From: Clostridia bacterium | GTDB lineage: Bacteria; Bacillota; Clostridia; Christensenellales; Aristaeellaceae | Assembly (NCBI GenBank): GCA_017434775.1 | Contig: JAFSGG010000042.1 | Span: 60,837-124,836, forward strand | Reading direction: 5' to 3' | Length of the DNA stretch: 64,000 nt | In this document: one piece after another, positions 37,630 to 51,896 of the stretch | Numbering within the stretch: the stretch's first letter is position 1 | Layout of the letters: each line of letters begins with the position of its first letter | Notes under the pieces: generated by a model | The model's database searches: none | Told to the model about the DNA's origin: nothing | Seen by the model: only the letters and a program-made list of their open reading frames with translations | Program-made: the position numbers and the translations under genes

Positions 37630-39603
37630 TTATTCGTTGCTGTCATCCGGAAGATTTTCATGATTTTCAGCAGTTTCAGGCGCTTCCTCTTCTGCGCAGG
37701 CAGCCGCATCATCGTCCTTCGTTTCTTCTTTACCTTCCATGAAATCGACGAACTGCTGATGGTTCACGGTTTCTTTTTCGATCAGGAGCTGAGCCAGAGC
37801 TTCCAGCTTATCCTGATTTTCTTTCAGCAAGGAAACAGCCTGATCATATGCGTTATTGAGAATACTGCGCACTTCTTCATCGATAATAGCTGAAGTGGTT
37901 TCGCTGTATTCACGACTCTGCCCGAATTCCATGCCCACGAAAATTTCCTGATCACTACCAAGATAGATATTGCCCAGCTTTTCACTCATACCATAGCGCG
38001 TTACCATGCTGCGTGCCAGTTCCGTGGCGTGCTGCAGGTCTCCATAGGCTCCGGTAGAAATATCGTTCTGGGTGAGGAATTCGGCAGCACGGCCGCCCAT
38101 ACACATGGCAATACGCTGCAGAATTTTGTTTTTGCTCATATAATCCCGCTCTTTTTCGGGCAGGGACAGTGTCATACCTCCGGCCTGGCCGCGGGGAATG
38201 ACGGTAATCATGTGCACCTCATCACACAGCGGAAGCAGATGACCAACGATAGCGTGACCAGCTTCGTGATAGGCGGTAATCCGTCTGTCTTCTTCCAGCA
38301 CCTTGTGGCTGCGCTTTTCAGGGCCCATTTGAATACGTTCCACCGCTTCAATCAGGTTGGCCTGGGTGATCTCTTTCTGCTTTTCACGAGCAGCCTGGAT
38401 TGCGCCTTCGTTCATCACATTTTCGAGATCGGCACCGGTGGCATAAGGTGTACGCTTGGCAATGTTATCAAGATCCACATCGTCAGCCAGGGGCTTATTG
38501 CGAGCATGCACCTTCAGAATGGCCACGCGACCGTCCACATCGGGGTAATTGACGGTGATCTGCCTGTCAAAACGGCCGGGACGCAACAGGGCTGGATCCA
38601 GAATATCACGGCGGTTGGTTGCGGCCATAACAATAACACCTTCGTTGGCAGCAAAACCGTCCATTTCAACCAGCAACTGGTTCAGCGTTTGTTCACGTTC
38701 ATCGTGACCGCCGCCAAGACCGGCACCGCGATGCCGGCCGACAGCATCGATTTCATCAATAAAAACGATACTGGGCGCATTGCGCTTGGCCTGTTCAAAC
38801 AAATCACGCACACGGCTGGCGCCGACGCCTACAAACATTTCCACAAAGTCAGAACCGCTGATGGAGAAGAAAGGCACATTGGCCTCCCCTGCCACAGCTT
38901 TTGCCAGGAGTGTTTTACCGGTGCCGGGAGGGCCCACAAGCAGCACGCCCTTGGGAATGCGGGCGCCAAGATCAATGTAATTCTTCGGGTTTTTCAGGAA
39001 ATCAACAATTTCCTTCAATTCCTCTTTTTCTTCGTCAGCACCGGCTACATCGGCAAAACGTACTTTCATCTTGCTGGGGTCGGACATATTGGCGCGGCTC
39101 TTGCCAAAGTTCATCACTTTCCCGCCGCCGCCTGTTTGCTGACGCATAATGAACCACCACATGACGAAGATAAGAATCATGGGTAGCAGATAAGGGATGA
39201 TTTCCAGATACCAGGGGGTGGTAATGGGTGCCAGGTATTGGATTTTGAAATCCAGATCATCAACACTCACATTATCGATATTGGCATCCGGATTTACATC
39301 CAGCATTTTCTTTGCCTGCATCTTCAGTACCGTATCATAGAAATCGCCACCGATGGTGGTTTCATAATCATAGTACTGAGGATATTTTGCTTCCGGAATT
39401 TTGCTTTCTTTCAGGCGGCAAACAAGGGAATTGCCGCGGATGGAAACGGTATCCACCTTTCCTTCCTGAATCAATTCAAGCAGTTTGGGATATTCGATGC
39501 GCTTATCCTCATTGTTCAGCCCGTTGGACAGCAGAACGATCATGAGAATAAATAATGCAATCATGACCAGATAGCCAAAGATACCTTTTGATGTCTTTCT
39601 CAA
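37630..39603 (-). CDS. ftsH: ATP-dependent zinc metalloprotease FtsH
   Basis: Two TM segments, AAA+ Walker [19 protein letters not shown], Walker [12 protein letters not shown] and HEAGHA zinc motif. Confidence 0.95.
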   Translation of the reverse strand: MRKTSKGIFGYLVMIALFILMIVLLSNGLNNEDKRIEYPKLLELIQEGKVDTVSIRGNSLVCRLKESKIPEAKYPQYYDYETTIGGDFYDTVLKMQAKKMLDVNPDANIDNVSVDDLDFKIQYLAPITTPWYLEIIPYLLPMILIFVMWWFIMRQQTGGGGKVMNFGKSRANMSDPSKMKVRFADVAGADEEKEELKEIVDFLKNPKNYIDLGARIPKGVLLVGPPGTGKTLLAKAVAGEANVPFFSISGSDFVEMFVGVGASRVRDLFEQAKRNAPSIVFIDEIDAVGRHRGAGLGGGHDEREQTLNQLLVEMDGFAANEGVIVMAATNRRDILDPALLRPGRFDRQITVNYPDVDGRVAILKVHARNKPLADDVDLDNIAKRTPYATGADLENVMNEGAIQAAREKQKEITQANLIEAVERIQMGPEKRSHKVLEEDRRITAYHEAGHAIVGHLLPLCDEVHMITVIPRGQAGGMTLSLPEKERDYMSKNKILQRIAMCMGGRAAEFLTQNDISTGAYGDLQHATELARSMVTRYGMSEKLGNIYLGSDQEIFVGMEFGQSREYSETTSAIIDEEVRSILNNAYDQAVSLLKENQDKLEALAQLLIEKETVNHQQFVDFMEGKEETKDDDAAACAEEEAPETAENHENLPDDSNE

Positions 39604-39702
39604 GGTGATAAACCTCCAATAAACAATGCGATTTGCACGGACAAACTTCCGTGAAACAAATCTTTATAATTATATCATATCGTTAATTTGTTTACAATCT
39701 TT

Positions 39703-40266
39703 TCATTCATCTTTTGCATAAATTCTGGGATGGAGAACACCGATATCGGGAAGATTGCGGTATTTCTCCGCATAATCCAGGCCGTAGCCGACAACGAATG
39801 CATCCGGGATATTGAAGCAATAGTATTCCACATCCAGTTCTACTCTGCGACGTGCCGGCTTATTCAACAGTGTGGCAATCCGAACGGAAGCGGCGTTGCG
39901 CGTTGCAAATACCTTCTTGAGGAAGGAAAGGGTCATGCCGCTATCTACGATATCTTCAACAATGATGATATCGCGGCCGGTAACGTCCACATCCAGATCC
40001 TTGCGAATGTTGACAACACCGGAAGATTTGGTGCTGGCTCCATAACTGGAAATGGACATGAATTCCAGATTCAAAGGCAGATCAATTTCTCGGATAAGAT
40101 CCGTATAAAAAACCACCGCACCTTTTAGAATGCAAACAAATAGCGGCTCTTTGCCTTCATAATCTTTGGTGATCTGTTCGCCCAAGCGTTTTACGGCAGC
40201 CTGAATTTCTTCCCGGGTAATCAAAACGCGTTCCAGATCCTGATAGAGTGTGGCAGTATTGTTCAT
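39703..40266 (-). CDS. hpt: Hypoxanthine-guanine phosphoribosyltransferase
   Basis: PRPP motif IIIVEDIVDSGMTL. ATG 40266 is preceded by GGGGA. An upstream in-frame ATG 40284 (ATGA overlap with tilS) is the alternative. Confidence 0.9.
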   Translation of the reverse strand: MNNTATLYQDLERVLITREEIQAAVKRLGEQITKDYEGKEPLFVCILKGAVVFYTDLIREIDLPLNLEFMSISSYGASTKSSGVVNIRKDLDVDVTGRDIIIVEDIVDSGMTLSFLKKVFATRNAASVRIATLLNKPARRRVELDVEYYCFNIPDAFVVGYGLDYAEKYRNLPDIGVLHPRIYAKDE

Positions 40267-40280
40267 ATGTGATTCCCCTT

Positions 40281-41588
40281 TCATTCTTTTTCAAAAGGTA
40301 GTCTGCTGGGATAGCGGAGCAATACCGCTTCTTCCCCATTTTCACATCGTACTTTTTCAGATGCACCAATGCCGATGGCCCAGATCACTTCGTTTTCTAT
40401 GCACAAAAGCGGCAAATAATCGCGCATCGGTTCGCTGACCTTTCTGTCTACCAGATAATCCTGCAGGCTTTTTGTTCCTTTCATGCCAAAGGGCTGAATA
40501 AAGTCCCCCGGCTTGCGGTATCTAAGGTCACACTGCTCAAAAAGTTTCAATGGCATGCGCTGCGTATGGATGCCGTCACCGGTTGATAAGGATTCCGCTT
40601 GCTTTTGTAGCGGCAGAATTTGATAATTCGTCTTTTCGGGCGGTACCAGGCAAATGAACCTGCTGTCGGCTGTCAGATGCCATCCCCTTTGCAGATTGAC
40701 GCTTTGTCCGGCAGTGATCGCTGCGGCCCTGTCAATCGTTTCAAAGGGTTCATCAAATGGCAAAAAGCGCTGCATAATCCGTCTTCTCAGTGCAAGATGC
40801 TGCTGCAAAAAAGACGGATAATCCAGATGGGAAATGGGCAATTCCTGGGTGCCATGTTCCCTGATGAATCTGCGTGATAATGCATCAAGGAAATCATTTT
40901 CAGATTGCAGAATTTGAGCCGTTCTGCCAATCGCCGCCTCAGCTTGCGGGATTCTTTCAAGAATTCGCGGTAAAACCTGACGGCGCAGATAGTTTCTGGT
41001 ATAGCAATCACTATCGTTGGTTTCGTCATGGCAAAAGGAACCATGCAATTCGACAGCAATTGCGGTGAGTGCATCTTTGCCAATACCAAGCAGCGGCCGG
41101 AAAAGCTTCATTCTGCTGCCATTTACAAAATGTTCGGCAAGCATTGACATCCCGGAAAGTCCCTTGCAGCCGCTTCCCCGGAAAAGATGCAGCAGCACGG
41201 TTTCTGCCTGATCGGATGCATGATGCGCCAGCGCGAGCACATCCGCTCCCCACGCATTATACACCAAGGAAAAAGCATTAAAACGCTCTTTTCGCGCTTC
41301 CTCTTCGCTTCTTCCTTTCGGATGCACATGCTGCACGAAAATCGTCACATTATATTGTTTGCACAATTGCTCACAGAATGCTGCATCACGATCCGCTGTT
41401 TGTCGAAGCCCATGGTGTACGTGAACTGCCGCAATTTCAAACTGCTCCTGGTCTGCCAGATTTTTCAGCAAGCAAAACAGCGCTACCGAATCCGCACCGC
41501 CGGATAGCGCTATCAGCACACGCTGAGGAGAGCCAATTTCTCTTCTGGCAGCAGACACGCTGACCATGCAGGAACATGCTTCATTCAT
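40281..41588 (-). CDS. tilS: tRNA(Ile)-lysidine synthetase
   Basis: PP-loop SGGADS in LIALSGGADSVAL; conserved tilS-hpt-ftsH order. Confidence 0.9.
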   Translation of the reverse strand: MNEACSCMVSVSAARREIGSPQRVLIALSGGADSVALFCLLKNLADQEQFEIAAVHVHHGLRQTADRDAAFCEQLCKQYNVTIFVQHVHPKGRSEEEARKERFNAFSLVYNAWGADVLALAHHASDQAETVLLHLFRGSGCKGLSGMSMLAEHFVNGSRMKLFRPLLGIGKDALTAIAVELHGSFCHDETNDSDCYTRNYLRRQVLPRILERIPQAEAAIGRTAQILQSENDFLDALSRRFIREHGTQELPISHLDYPSFLQQHLALRRRIMQRFLPFDEPFETIDRAAAITAGQSVNLQRGWHLTADSRFICLVPPEKTNYQILPLQKQAESLSTGDGIHTQRMPLKLFEQCDLRYRKPGDFIQPFGMKGTKSLQDYLVDRKVSEPMRDYLPLLCIENEVIWAIGIGASEKVRCENGEEAVLLRYPSRLPFEKE

Positions 41589-41719
41589 ACAATATTATTG
41601 TAACCGCAGGATGATAAAAAATCAAGATAAAATAGGACGTTGCCTTACTTTTGCCTGAAATTTTACGTTCGCGTTATGTTTTTAAAAAGCGATGAATAAA
41701 GTGTAACGGAGGTGATGAG

Positions 41720-41908
41720 TTGTTTTGCAAAAAACAGAGTACCTATACGAAAACGTACCCGGGTGAAAAAAAGCCTTTTCTGCAGCTTCTGGGTATTGCA
41801 ATGATTGCTCTGGGCACATTGTTGCTTATTCTCTGCATTCCGGGCTGGGCATGGCTTTCTCTGATCGGAATCGGCCTGATTATCACAGGTATATTGCTTT
41901 TGCGCTGA
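41720..41908 (+). CDS. 62-aa small membrane protein (two predicted TM helices), unknown function
   Basis: TTG start 5 nt after GGAGGTGA. Basic N-terminus followed by LLGIAMIALGTLLLILCIPGWAWLSLIGIGLIITGILLL. No family recognised. Confidence 0.45.
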   Translation: MFCKKQSTYTKTYPGEKKPFLQLLGIAMIALGTLLLILCIPGWAWLSLIGIGLIITGILLLR

Positions 41909-41923
41909 AAGGAGGGAGTTTTT

Positions 41924-42001
41924 ATGGCAGGATATCGCATTGTATGCATCAAAGCACCGAAGGCTTTCAGAAGCATCATCAGGTTTTGTGCGCGCAAATA
42001 A
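41924..42001 (+). CDS. 25-aa SpoVM-like micropeptide (below ORF-track cutoff)
   Basis: AAGGAGGG SD (41909-41916), a 7-nt spacer and ATG. The peptide is MAGYRIVCIKAPKAFRSIIRFCARK. Its I-K-x-P-K-x4-I-[IV]-R core matches B. subtilis SpoVM as I recall it. The terminator starts 3 nt after the stop. Confidence 0.5.
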   Translation: MAGYRIVCIKAPKAFRSIIRFCARK

Positions 42002-42003
42002 AG

Positions 42004-42034
42004 AAGCACCGGTCATCCAGACCGGTGCTTTTCA
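42004..42034. terminator. Bidirectional terminator (small-protein operon / atp operon)
   Basis: Perfect 10-bp stem AAGCACCGGT / ACCGGTGCTT with T-runs on both strands. Confidence 0.8.
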
Positions 42035-42035
42035 A

Positions 42036-42440
42036 TTATTCACTTACTTTGATACGAAGCAACGCACGCTTCAATTTAGCTTCCAATACAGCGTAATTCA
42101 CATCCTGCGGATTCAAAAGACGAAGCTTTTCTTCGGCATCGGCCTGAGAACGTTTAGCGCGTTCCAGATCGATTTCGTCTTCCCATTCGAATGTGGTTGC
42201 AATGACACGCACTTCCCCATCCGCAACGCTTACCAGGCCGCCGTTACAGGCAGCGGTACGGGTATTTCCGCTTTCATCCGTCACACGGGCTTCGCCGATG
42301 CCAAGAGGCGCCGCATAATCAATATGTTTCGCCAGGATGCAAGCATCGCCTGTTATGGTGCGCAGAATGATCTTTTCAGCCTGTCCGTCAAACACCGGCT
42401 TATCCGGCGTTACAATCTGCAAATGAAAGGTTGTAGCCAT
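42036..42440 (-). CDS. atpC: F1 ATP synthase epsilon subunit
   Basis: LQIVTPDKPVFDG N-terminal beta-sandwich signature; last gene of the operon. Confidence 0.9.
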   Translation of the reverse strand: MATTFHLQIVTPDKPVFDGQAEKIILRTITGDACILAKHIDYAAPLGIGEARVTDESGNTRTAACNGGLVSVADGEVRVIATTFEWEDEIDLERAKRSQADAEEKLRLLNPQDVNYAVLEAKLKRALLRIKVSE

Positions 42441-42442
42441 GA

Positions 42443-44712
<2,270 letters not shown>

Positions 44713-44724
44713 GGTGTATCCTCC

Positions 44725-46239
44725 TTACTTTGTTTTCAGAAAATCCTTGGTGAAAGCTGCCAGGGCGTCCTTCAGCCGGCTTTCGGTTTCGTCCGACAGC
44801 TGGCCGGTGGTACGGATGGCGTCCAGAACATCGCTGTGCTGGGCACTCATGCGTTCATACAGTGCTTCTTCATAATCCGCCACGTCCTTAACGGCCACTT
44901 CTTTCAGATAATCGTGGGTAACGGCGTAGAAGATGCAAACCTGATTTTCTACGGCCACGGGATGGTTACGGTTCTGTTTGAGCACTTCCACAATGCGTTC
45001 GCCTTGAGCCAGACGTGCTTTGGTATCCGCATCCAGATCGGAACCAAACTGTGCAAAGCCCTGCAATTCGCGATATTGGCTATAGAGCAGCTTCAGACTG
45101 CCAGCCACCTTTTTCATGGCTTTGATCTGAGCATTGCCGCCCACGCGGGACACGGAAATACCGGGATTCACAGCGGGCATTACGCCGGCATGGAACAGTT
45201 CTGTTTCCAGGAAAATCTGGCCATCGGTGATGGAAATCACGTTGGTGGGAATGTAAGCGGAAACGTCACCGGCTTGCGTTTCAATGATGGGCAGCGCAGT
45301 AATGGAGCCGCCGCCGTATTCAGGTGCTACACGAGCAGCGCGTTCCAACAGACGGCTATGGAGATAGAAAACGTCGCCGGGATAAGCTTCGCGGCCCGGA
45401 GGGCGTCGAATCAACAGGGACAGAGCGCGGTAAGCCACAGCATGCTTGGAAAGATCGTCGTAGATGATGAGCACGTCTTTGCCCTGATCCATGAAATATT
45501 CAGCCATGGCGCAGCCGGAATAAGGAGCGATGTACTGCAATGGTGCCAGTTCGGAAGCCGTAGCACTGACGACTACGGTATAATCCATGGCACCGGCAGC
45601 CGTCAGGGTATCCACAAGCTGAGCTACGGTGGAACGCTTCTGGCCGATGGCTACATAAATACAGATAACGTCCTTGCCCTTCTGATTGATGATGGTATCC
45701 AGGGCAATCACGGTTTTACCGGTCTGACGATCACCAATGATCAATTCACGCTGGCCGCGGCCGATGGGAATCATGCTGTCAATGGCTTTGATACCCGTTT
45801 GCAGCGGCACAGAAACGCTCTTGCGCTGGATAATGCCGGGTGCATTGCGCTCAATGGCACGGAATTCCGTGGAATCAATGTTTCCCTTGCCATCAATGGG
45901 TTGGCCCAGGGCGTTGACCACGCGACCAATCAGCCCATTCCCTACCGGAACAGACACTACCTTACCGGTGCGCTCCACGGTGTCACCTTCAAGGACGCCT
46001 TCATCCGTGCCCAGCATAACCAGCGCCACAGAATTTTCTTCCAGGTTCAGGGCCATGCCGAATTCACCGTTGGAAAAGCGGACCAGTTCATTGGCCATGC
46101 ATTTTTCCAATCCGGAAACACGGGCAATACCGTCGCCCACCGTAATGATGGTGCCGGTATCATTCTGGGTGATCCGGTTTTCATAATTTTTAATTTGCTC
46201 TTTGATGAGCTTGGATACTTCTTCGGGTTTGATCTGCAT
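44725..46239 (-). CDS. atpA: F1 ATP synthase alpha subunit
   Basis: Walker A GDRQTGKT. The start is at ATG 46239, behind GGTGA (MQIKPEEVS...). The tracked upstream start is a TTG without SD. Confidence 0.95.
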   Translation of the reverse strand: MQIKPEEVSKLIKEQIKNYENRITQNDTGTIITVGDGIARVSGLEKCMANELVRFSNGEFGMALNLEENSVALVMLGTDEGVLEGDTVERTGKVVSVPVGNGLIGRVVNALGQPIDGKGNIDSTEFRAIERNAPGIIQRKSVSVPLQTGIKAIDSMIPIGRGQRELIIGDRQTGKTVIALDTIINQKGKDVICIYVAIGQKRSTVAQLVDTLTAAGAMDYTVVVSATASELAPLQYIAPYSGCAMAEYFMDQGKDVLIIYDDLSKHAVAYRALSLLIRRPPGREAYPGDVFYLHSRLLERAARVAPEYGGGSITALPIIETQAGDVSAYIPTNVISITDGQIFLETELFHAGVMPAVNPGISVSRVGGNAQIKAMKKVAGSLKLLYSQYRELQGFAQFGSDLDADTKARLAQGERIVEVLKQNRNHPVAVENQVCIFYAVTHDYLKEVAVKDVADYEEALYERMSAQHSDVLDAIRTTGQLSDETESRLKDALAAFTKDFLKTK

Positions 46240-46278
46240 CTTATCACCGCTTTCATGTGATGCGGCCAAAGGCTGCCA

Positions 46279-46815
46279 TCAGGCGTTTCCGCTCAGAATA
46301 TTCTGCAGGCCTTCCAGCCGGTGGCGCAGGGTGTTATCATACCGCTTGCCATCCATTTCCAACAGTACACCGCCAATCAAGGCTGCATCGACTTTTTCCT
46401 TCAGGTTAATGCTGCGTCCTGTCATGGTATTCAGTTTCTGCAGCAGTTTTTTGCGTTGGTCATCGTTCATGGGCTTGGCTGTTGTCACAACCGCTTCCAG
46501 AATGCTGTGCCGCTGGTTATAGAGGTTGCGGTAAGCTTCTTCGCAGCCGTAGAATTCATGAAGAAGATTTCGTTCACAGAGAATCTTCAGAAAATTCAGC
46601 ACATAGTCATGCACCTGACCACGAAGCGTTTTTTCAACGATACCCACACGTTCTTCCTTTGCAATAGCCATATTGGAAAGAAGCAGCAGGAAATTGGGCT
46701 GTTCCTTAAAACAGCTTTTGAGCATTTGCATCTGCTGCAGGCCTTCCTGCGTCAGGTTTTCTTCTTCACAGAGTTCATACAAGCCTTCGCCGTATTCCCG
46801 TGCCAGATCCGTCAT
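46279..46815 (-). CDS. atpH: F1 ATP synthase delta (OSCP) subunit
   Basis: Size, position and a C-terminal GG...DGS.. type motif (IGGVLLEMDGKRYDNTL). Confidence 0.85.
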   Translation of the reverse strand: MTDLAREYGEGLYELCEEENLTQEGLQQMQMLKSCFKEQPNFLLLLSNMAIAKEERVGIVEKTLRGQVHDYVLNFLKILCERNLLHEFYGCEEAYRNLYNQRHSILEAVVTTAKPMNDDQRKKLLQKLNTMTGRSINLKEKVDAALIGGVLLEMDGKRYDNTLRHRLEGLQNILSGNA

Positions 46816-47315
46816 TGCTGTTCACCCACATTCTGAATGAACTGATCAACGAATTCAGCATGATCCTGAGCATTCACTTCGCGTTCCATAATACGGGAAG
46901 CAATACTTACCGCCAGATCGGAGATTTCTGCCTTCACATCGGAAAGCATTTGCTTCTTTTCCAGCTGAATTTCGTTTTCTGCCTTCTGCTTGAGATGGGC
47001 AGCCTGCTGACTTGCGTCGGCAAGGATGGCATCGCTTTTGCGCTGGGCTGTCTGAACAGCATTACGAACAAGACCGTCTGCTTCTTCACGGGCAGTGGCC
47101 ATACGCGTTTCGTATTCCTGTTTCATATCTGCTGCTGCCTGACGGTCATTTTCTGCATCGGCATAAATGGCTGTTACCTGGGCCTGACGTTCGTTCATTA
47201 CCTTTTTAACGGGCTTGAACAGGAATCTTTTCAGAATCAGGAACAGGATCAGCAAATTGACAAGGGACAACAGAATATTCCAGATATTGACTGAAATGAT
47301 ATCAAGAGACTGCAT
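46812..47315 (-). CDS. atpF: Fo ATP synthase b subunit
   Basis: Single N-terminal TM helix, then a long charged coiled coil; operon position. Confidence 0.85.
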   Translation of the reverse strand: MQSLDIISVNIWNILLSLVNLLILFLILKRFLFKPVKKVMNERQAQVTAIYADAENDRQAAADMKQEYETRMATAREEADGLVRNAVQTAQRKSDAILADASQQAAHLKQKAENEIQLEKKQMLSDVKAEISDLAVSIASRIMEREVNAQDHAEFVDQFIQNVGEQQ

Positions 47316-47349
47316 TTATTCCGTCTCCTTTTAGATGTTGATGATTGGC

Positions 47350-47673
<324 letters not shown>

Positions 47674-47676
47674 CTA

Positions 47677-48576
47677 TTATGCAGCAGGCAAAGCTTTCTT
47701 CTTTTTCTTCTTTGCCTGACGCTTTTCGTATTCTTCCTCCGGGAAGCCGGTGGCAATATACAGCATGGTGAGCATGGCGAAAATGAATGCCTGCATCAAA
47801 CCGCTGAAGATATCAAAGTAAACAGACAGAATGGCAGGGAGACCAACGCGGAGCAATGGAATATCCTTCAGGAAACCGGGCAACCAGCTGAAAAGCATCT
47901 GGGATAAACCGTTGAGTGCTGAAGCAACCAGCGTAGAAATGACAACACCGGAAAGAACATTGCCGTAATGGCGGAAAGACATGGATACAGGCGTAGCAAT
48001 TTCACCAATAATATTGAATGGCGCGAAGACGGGAACGGGTTCAAAGAAGCCCTTCACATAAGGGAACAGACCGCCCTTAAGCTTGTAATAGGTAATGAGT
48101 ATAAATACCAGAATGGCCCAGCCGGCCACAATATTCATATCGGATGTGGGCGGGAAAAGCCCCAGCAAAGAAGAAAGACTGGAAAAAGCGGAAATTGCCA
48201 TAATAGCGGCAATGAATGGTGCAAATGCCATATAGCGGTTGCCCATATTATCTTTGATCAGGCCGTTCACCTTTTCCACTACCCATTCCGCAATCAACTG
48301 ACGTTTGGTATTGGGAACCACTTTGATGCCGTGGGTCATATACAGGCAAAGCCCAAAGATAGAGATGATAACAGCCACAGAAGTAGCCTGCACTTCGGTA
48401 ATGCACAGGTTCATCAACGGCATTGGAATTTCAAAATATATGTGTGCGCCGGTAATGGAGATGCCTTCACCGCCGGGGGTGGTGAGCACTTTCAGCACCA
48501 TACAAATAACATAAGGCAGAATGACCATGGCAAGATACAGCCAGTCAATCAGCTTATCTTTTCTTTCCTTTGTCAT
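47677..48576 (-). CDS. atpB: Fo ATP synthase a subunit
   Basis: Conserved Arg region (SMSFRHYGNVLSG) and multiple TM helices. Unusual C-terminal EEEYEKRQAKKKKKKALPAA tail. Confidence 0.9.
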   Translation of the reverse strand: MTKERKDKLIDWLYLAMVILPYVICMVLKVLTTPGGEGISITGAHIYFEIPMPLMNLCITEVQATSVAVIISIFGLCLYMTHGIKVVPNTKRQLIAEWVVEKVNGLIKDNMGNRYMAFAPFIAAIMAISAFSSLSSLLGLFPPTSDMNIVAGWAILVFILITYYKLKGGLFPYVKGFFEPVPVFAPFNIIGEIATPVSMSFRHYGNVLSGVVISTLVASALNGLSQMLFSWLPGFLKDIPLLRVGLPAILSVYFDIFSGLMQAFIFAMLTMLYIATGFPEEEYEKRQAKKKKKKALPAA

Positions 48577-49058
48577 CAGGCTTGCGCCTCCTTTTTATTC
48601 CGGATAATCTGCGTAACGAAAATGACAATTCGGGGAAACAGCATGGCAATGAGACAGGGAATTTCGTTAATAAAAGGCAGGGAAATAGCCAGAATGGCTA
48701 TAATGGCCATCAACAGCAAACGACCGGTATAGGAAGCCTGCATGAACTTTTTTGCAAGCTTTGCTTCAGGAGAAAGCGGTGCTTCTTCTTTTTCAGTTTC
48801 TTCGTCTGCTTCATGATCTGACTGGGTATCATGATCTTCCAGCTTCACGCCGTTCATTTTTTCGGCAGATTTCTGAACGGAAAACGCCATAAGGAAGAAA
48901 TTGGTCACAGCCGCAAGAAAACCAAGAACTGTTCCAATGATTACAGGCAGATCGAGCTGTTTCAAAAATGCAAATACAGCAAGCATGAGCAGGCACAGAA
49001 TGCCGACGCCCAGTGCCATCACCCGGGTTTCGCTTTTTACAACCGGATCAACCTTCAA
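48576..49058 (-). CDS. atpI: ATP synthase protein I-like membrane protein (AtpI)
   Basis: First gene of the operon, with four hydrophobic segments. An acidic ~40-aa insert separates the two halves. Confidence 0.6.
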   Translation of the reverse strand: MKVDPVVKSETRVMALGVGILCLLMLAVFAFLKQLDLPVIIGTVLGFLAAVTNFFLMAFSVQKSAEKMNGVKLEDHDTQSDHEADEETEKEEAPLSPEAKLAKKFMQASYTGRLLLMAIIAILAISLPFINEIPCLIAMLFPRIVIFVTQIIRNKKEAQA

Positions 49059-49150
49059 TCAAGCAACCTTCTTCCATAACAATAATCTGCAAAATCATGC
49101 CATAATGATCAGAAATTTGCAAACAATTATATAAAATTACCACTTAACAT

Positions 49151-49178
49151 ATTATACGCTGAATAAAGTGCTTGTCAA
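49151..49178 (-). promoter_or_regulatory. Sigma-A type promoter of the atp operon
   Basis: The minus strand reads TTGACA-N16-TATAAT. The -35 lies inside the araC terminator hairpin loop. Confidence 0.55.
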
Positions 49179-49204
49179 GCGTGTTTTTCATGGCAAGCAC
49201 TTTT
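49165..49204 (-). terminator. Terminator after the AraC-family gene
   Basis: 10-bp stem AAAGTGCTTG / CAAGCACTTT (49165-49174 / 49194-49203), followed on the minus strand by TTTATT. Confidence 0.55.
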
Positions 49205-49218
49205 ACGGTAGTATGAAA

Positions 49219-50067
49219 TCATTGGGTATGGTGTTTGATATACTGGGTAGGCGTCATCTGGTAGCAGTTCTTGAAAGCACGATAGAAAGTGCGCAGACAT
49301 TCGAACCCAACAGCCAGGGCAATATCCAACATGGTCATATCACTTTCAATCAGCAACAGCGCCGCTTGCCTGCAGCGGATGTTGGACAGATATTCAATCA
49401 TGGAGCAGCCAAGGTGATCATGGAACAGCCGGGAAAACCGGCTCTTGCTGTAACCAAAATGGCGTGCCAGATGCTCCATGCGGATGGATTGCTGGTAATT
49501 GTTTTGCAAATAAATCAGCACGTCGCGCATCAGATTGCTTTTCTGATTGCCCGGATGATCGCTAAGCCCCACTCTGCTGATCAGAAGACCCAGCACCATA
49601 TAGGAAACACCCTTTTTGGTTTCGGCACTGTATTCATTCCAGTTTTTGCAGGCAATTCTCAGCATGGTGGAAATCTCTTCGTCTTTTGTTACATCGTAAA
49701 TTTCGTTCTTAAACGCTTTCTGATTGAGTATTTTCTGCAAAGAAGGAATGGTGCTCATGGGAATAATCATGGTAATGGTTTCGTTATGTTCCCCCTCCTC
49801 CGTGCGATAAACGTGGACGGAATAACTGGAGGTAATCACCATCTGGCCTTCTTTTACAGAATAAGGCTGACCGTTCATAATAACAGTAATCTGACCGGAA
49901 ATAACATAAACCAATTCGATGCTGGAATGAAAGTGCGCAGGAAAACTGCCGTCTTTTGCGGGAAAGCAGATGGCCGTCTGCATATCATCCCGTTCCAGCT
50001 CATAACGGTCAATATCAACACTCTTTCTTTTCACGTTGCAATACCCTCCGACAAGTTGGTCATACAT
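49219..50067 (-). CDS. AraC-family transcriptional regulator with N-terminal cupin domain
   Basis: C-terminal double HTH (MEHLARHFGYSKSRFSRLFHDHLGCSMIEYL...ALAVGFECLRTFYRAFK). Confidence 0.85.
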   Translation of the reverse strand: MYDQLVGGYCNVKRKSVDIDRYELERDDMQTAICFPAKDGSFPAHFHSSIELVYVISGQITVIMNGQPYSVKEGQMVITSSYSVHVYRTEEGEHNETITMIIPMSTIPSLQKILNQKAFKNEIYDVTKDEEISTMLRIACKNWNEYSAETKKGVSYMVLGLLISRVGLSDHPGNQKSNLMRDVLIYLQNNYQQSIRMEHLARHFGYSKSRFSRLFHDHLGCSMIEYLSNIRCRQAALLLIESDMTMLDIALAVGFECLRTFYRAFKNCYQMTPTQYIKHHTQ

Positions 50068-50185
50068 GGATGATTATAGCACACATATTGTAAAAAAGAA
50101 AGAAATGTATGACAAAAAATACGAAAAATAATCAAATGCGTGGCGTAAATAAAAGAAATAATGTCAAAAGGTTGTAAAAACGTAT

Positions 50186-50217
50186 AAAAAAAGGAGAAAG
50201 CAAGCATTGCTTTCCCC
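50186..50217 (-). terminator. Terminator after upp
   Basis: Stem GGAGAAAGCA / TGCTTTCCCC (50193-50202 / 50208-50217, one mismatch), followed on the minus strand by T7. Confidence 0.65.
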
Positions 50218-50238
50218 TGTTTAAAATTCTTATTTTAT

Positions 50239-51797
<1,559 letters not shown>

Positions 51798-51817
51798 ATA
51801 TATATAATGTAAACGGT

Positions 51818-51860
51818 AACGGCCACATATTTTCGATGGTATGTGCCGTTTATTTTTTTG
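51818..51860 (+). terminator. Rho-independent terminator
   Basis: 11-bp stem (AACGGCCACATA / TATGTGCCGTT, one bulge) followed by T-rich TATTTTTTT. Confidence 0.7.
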
Positions 51861-51896
51861 TCTTCTGTGCATACTGAAACCGAGAGAGGTGATGCA

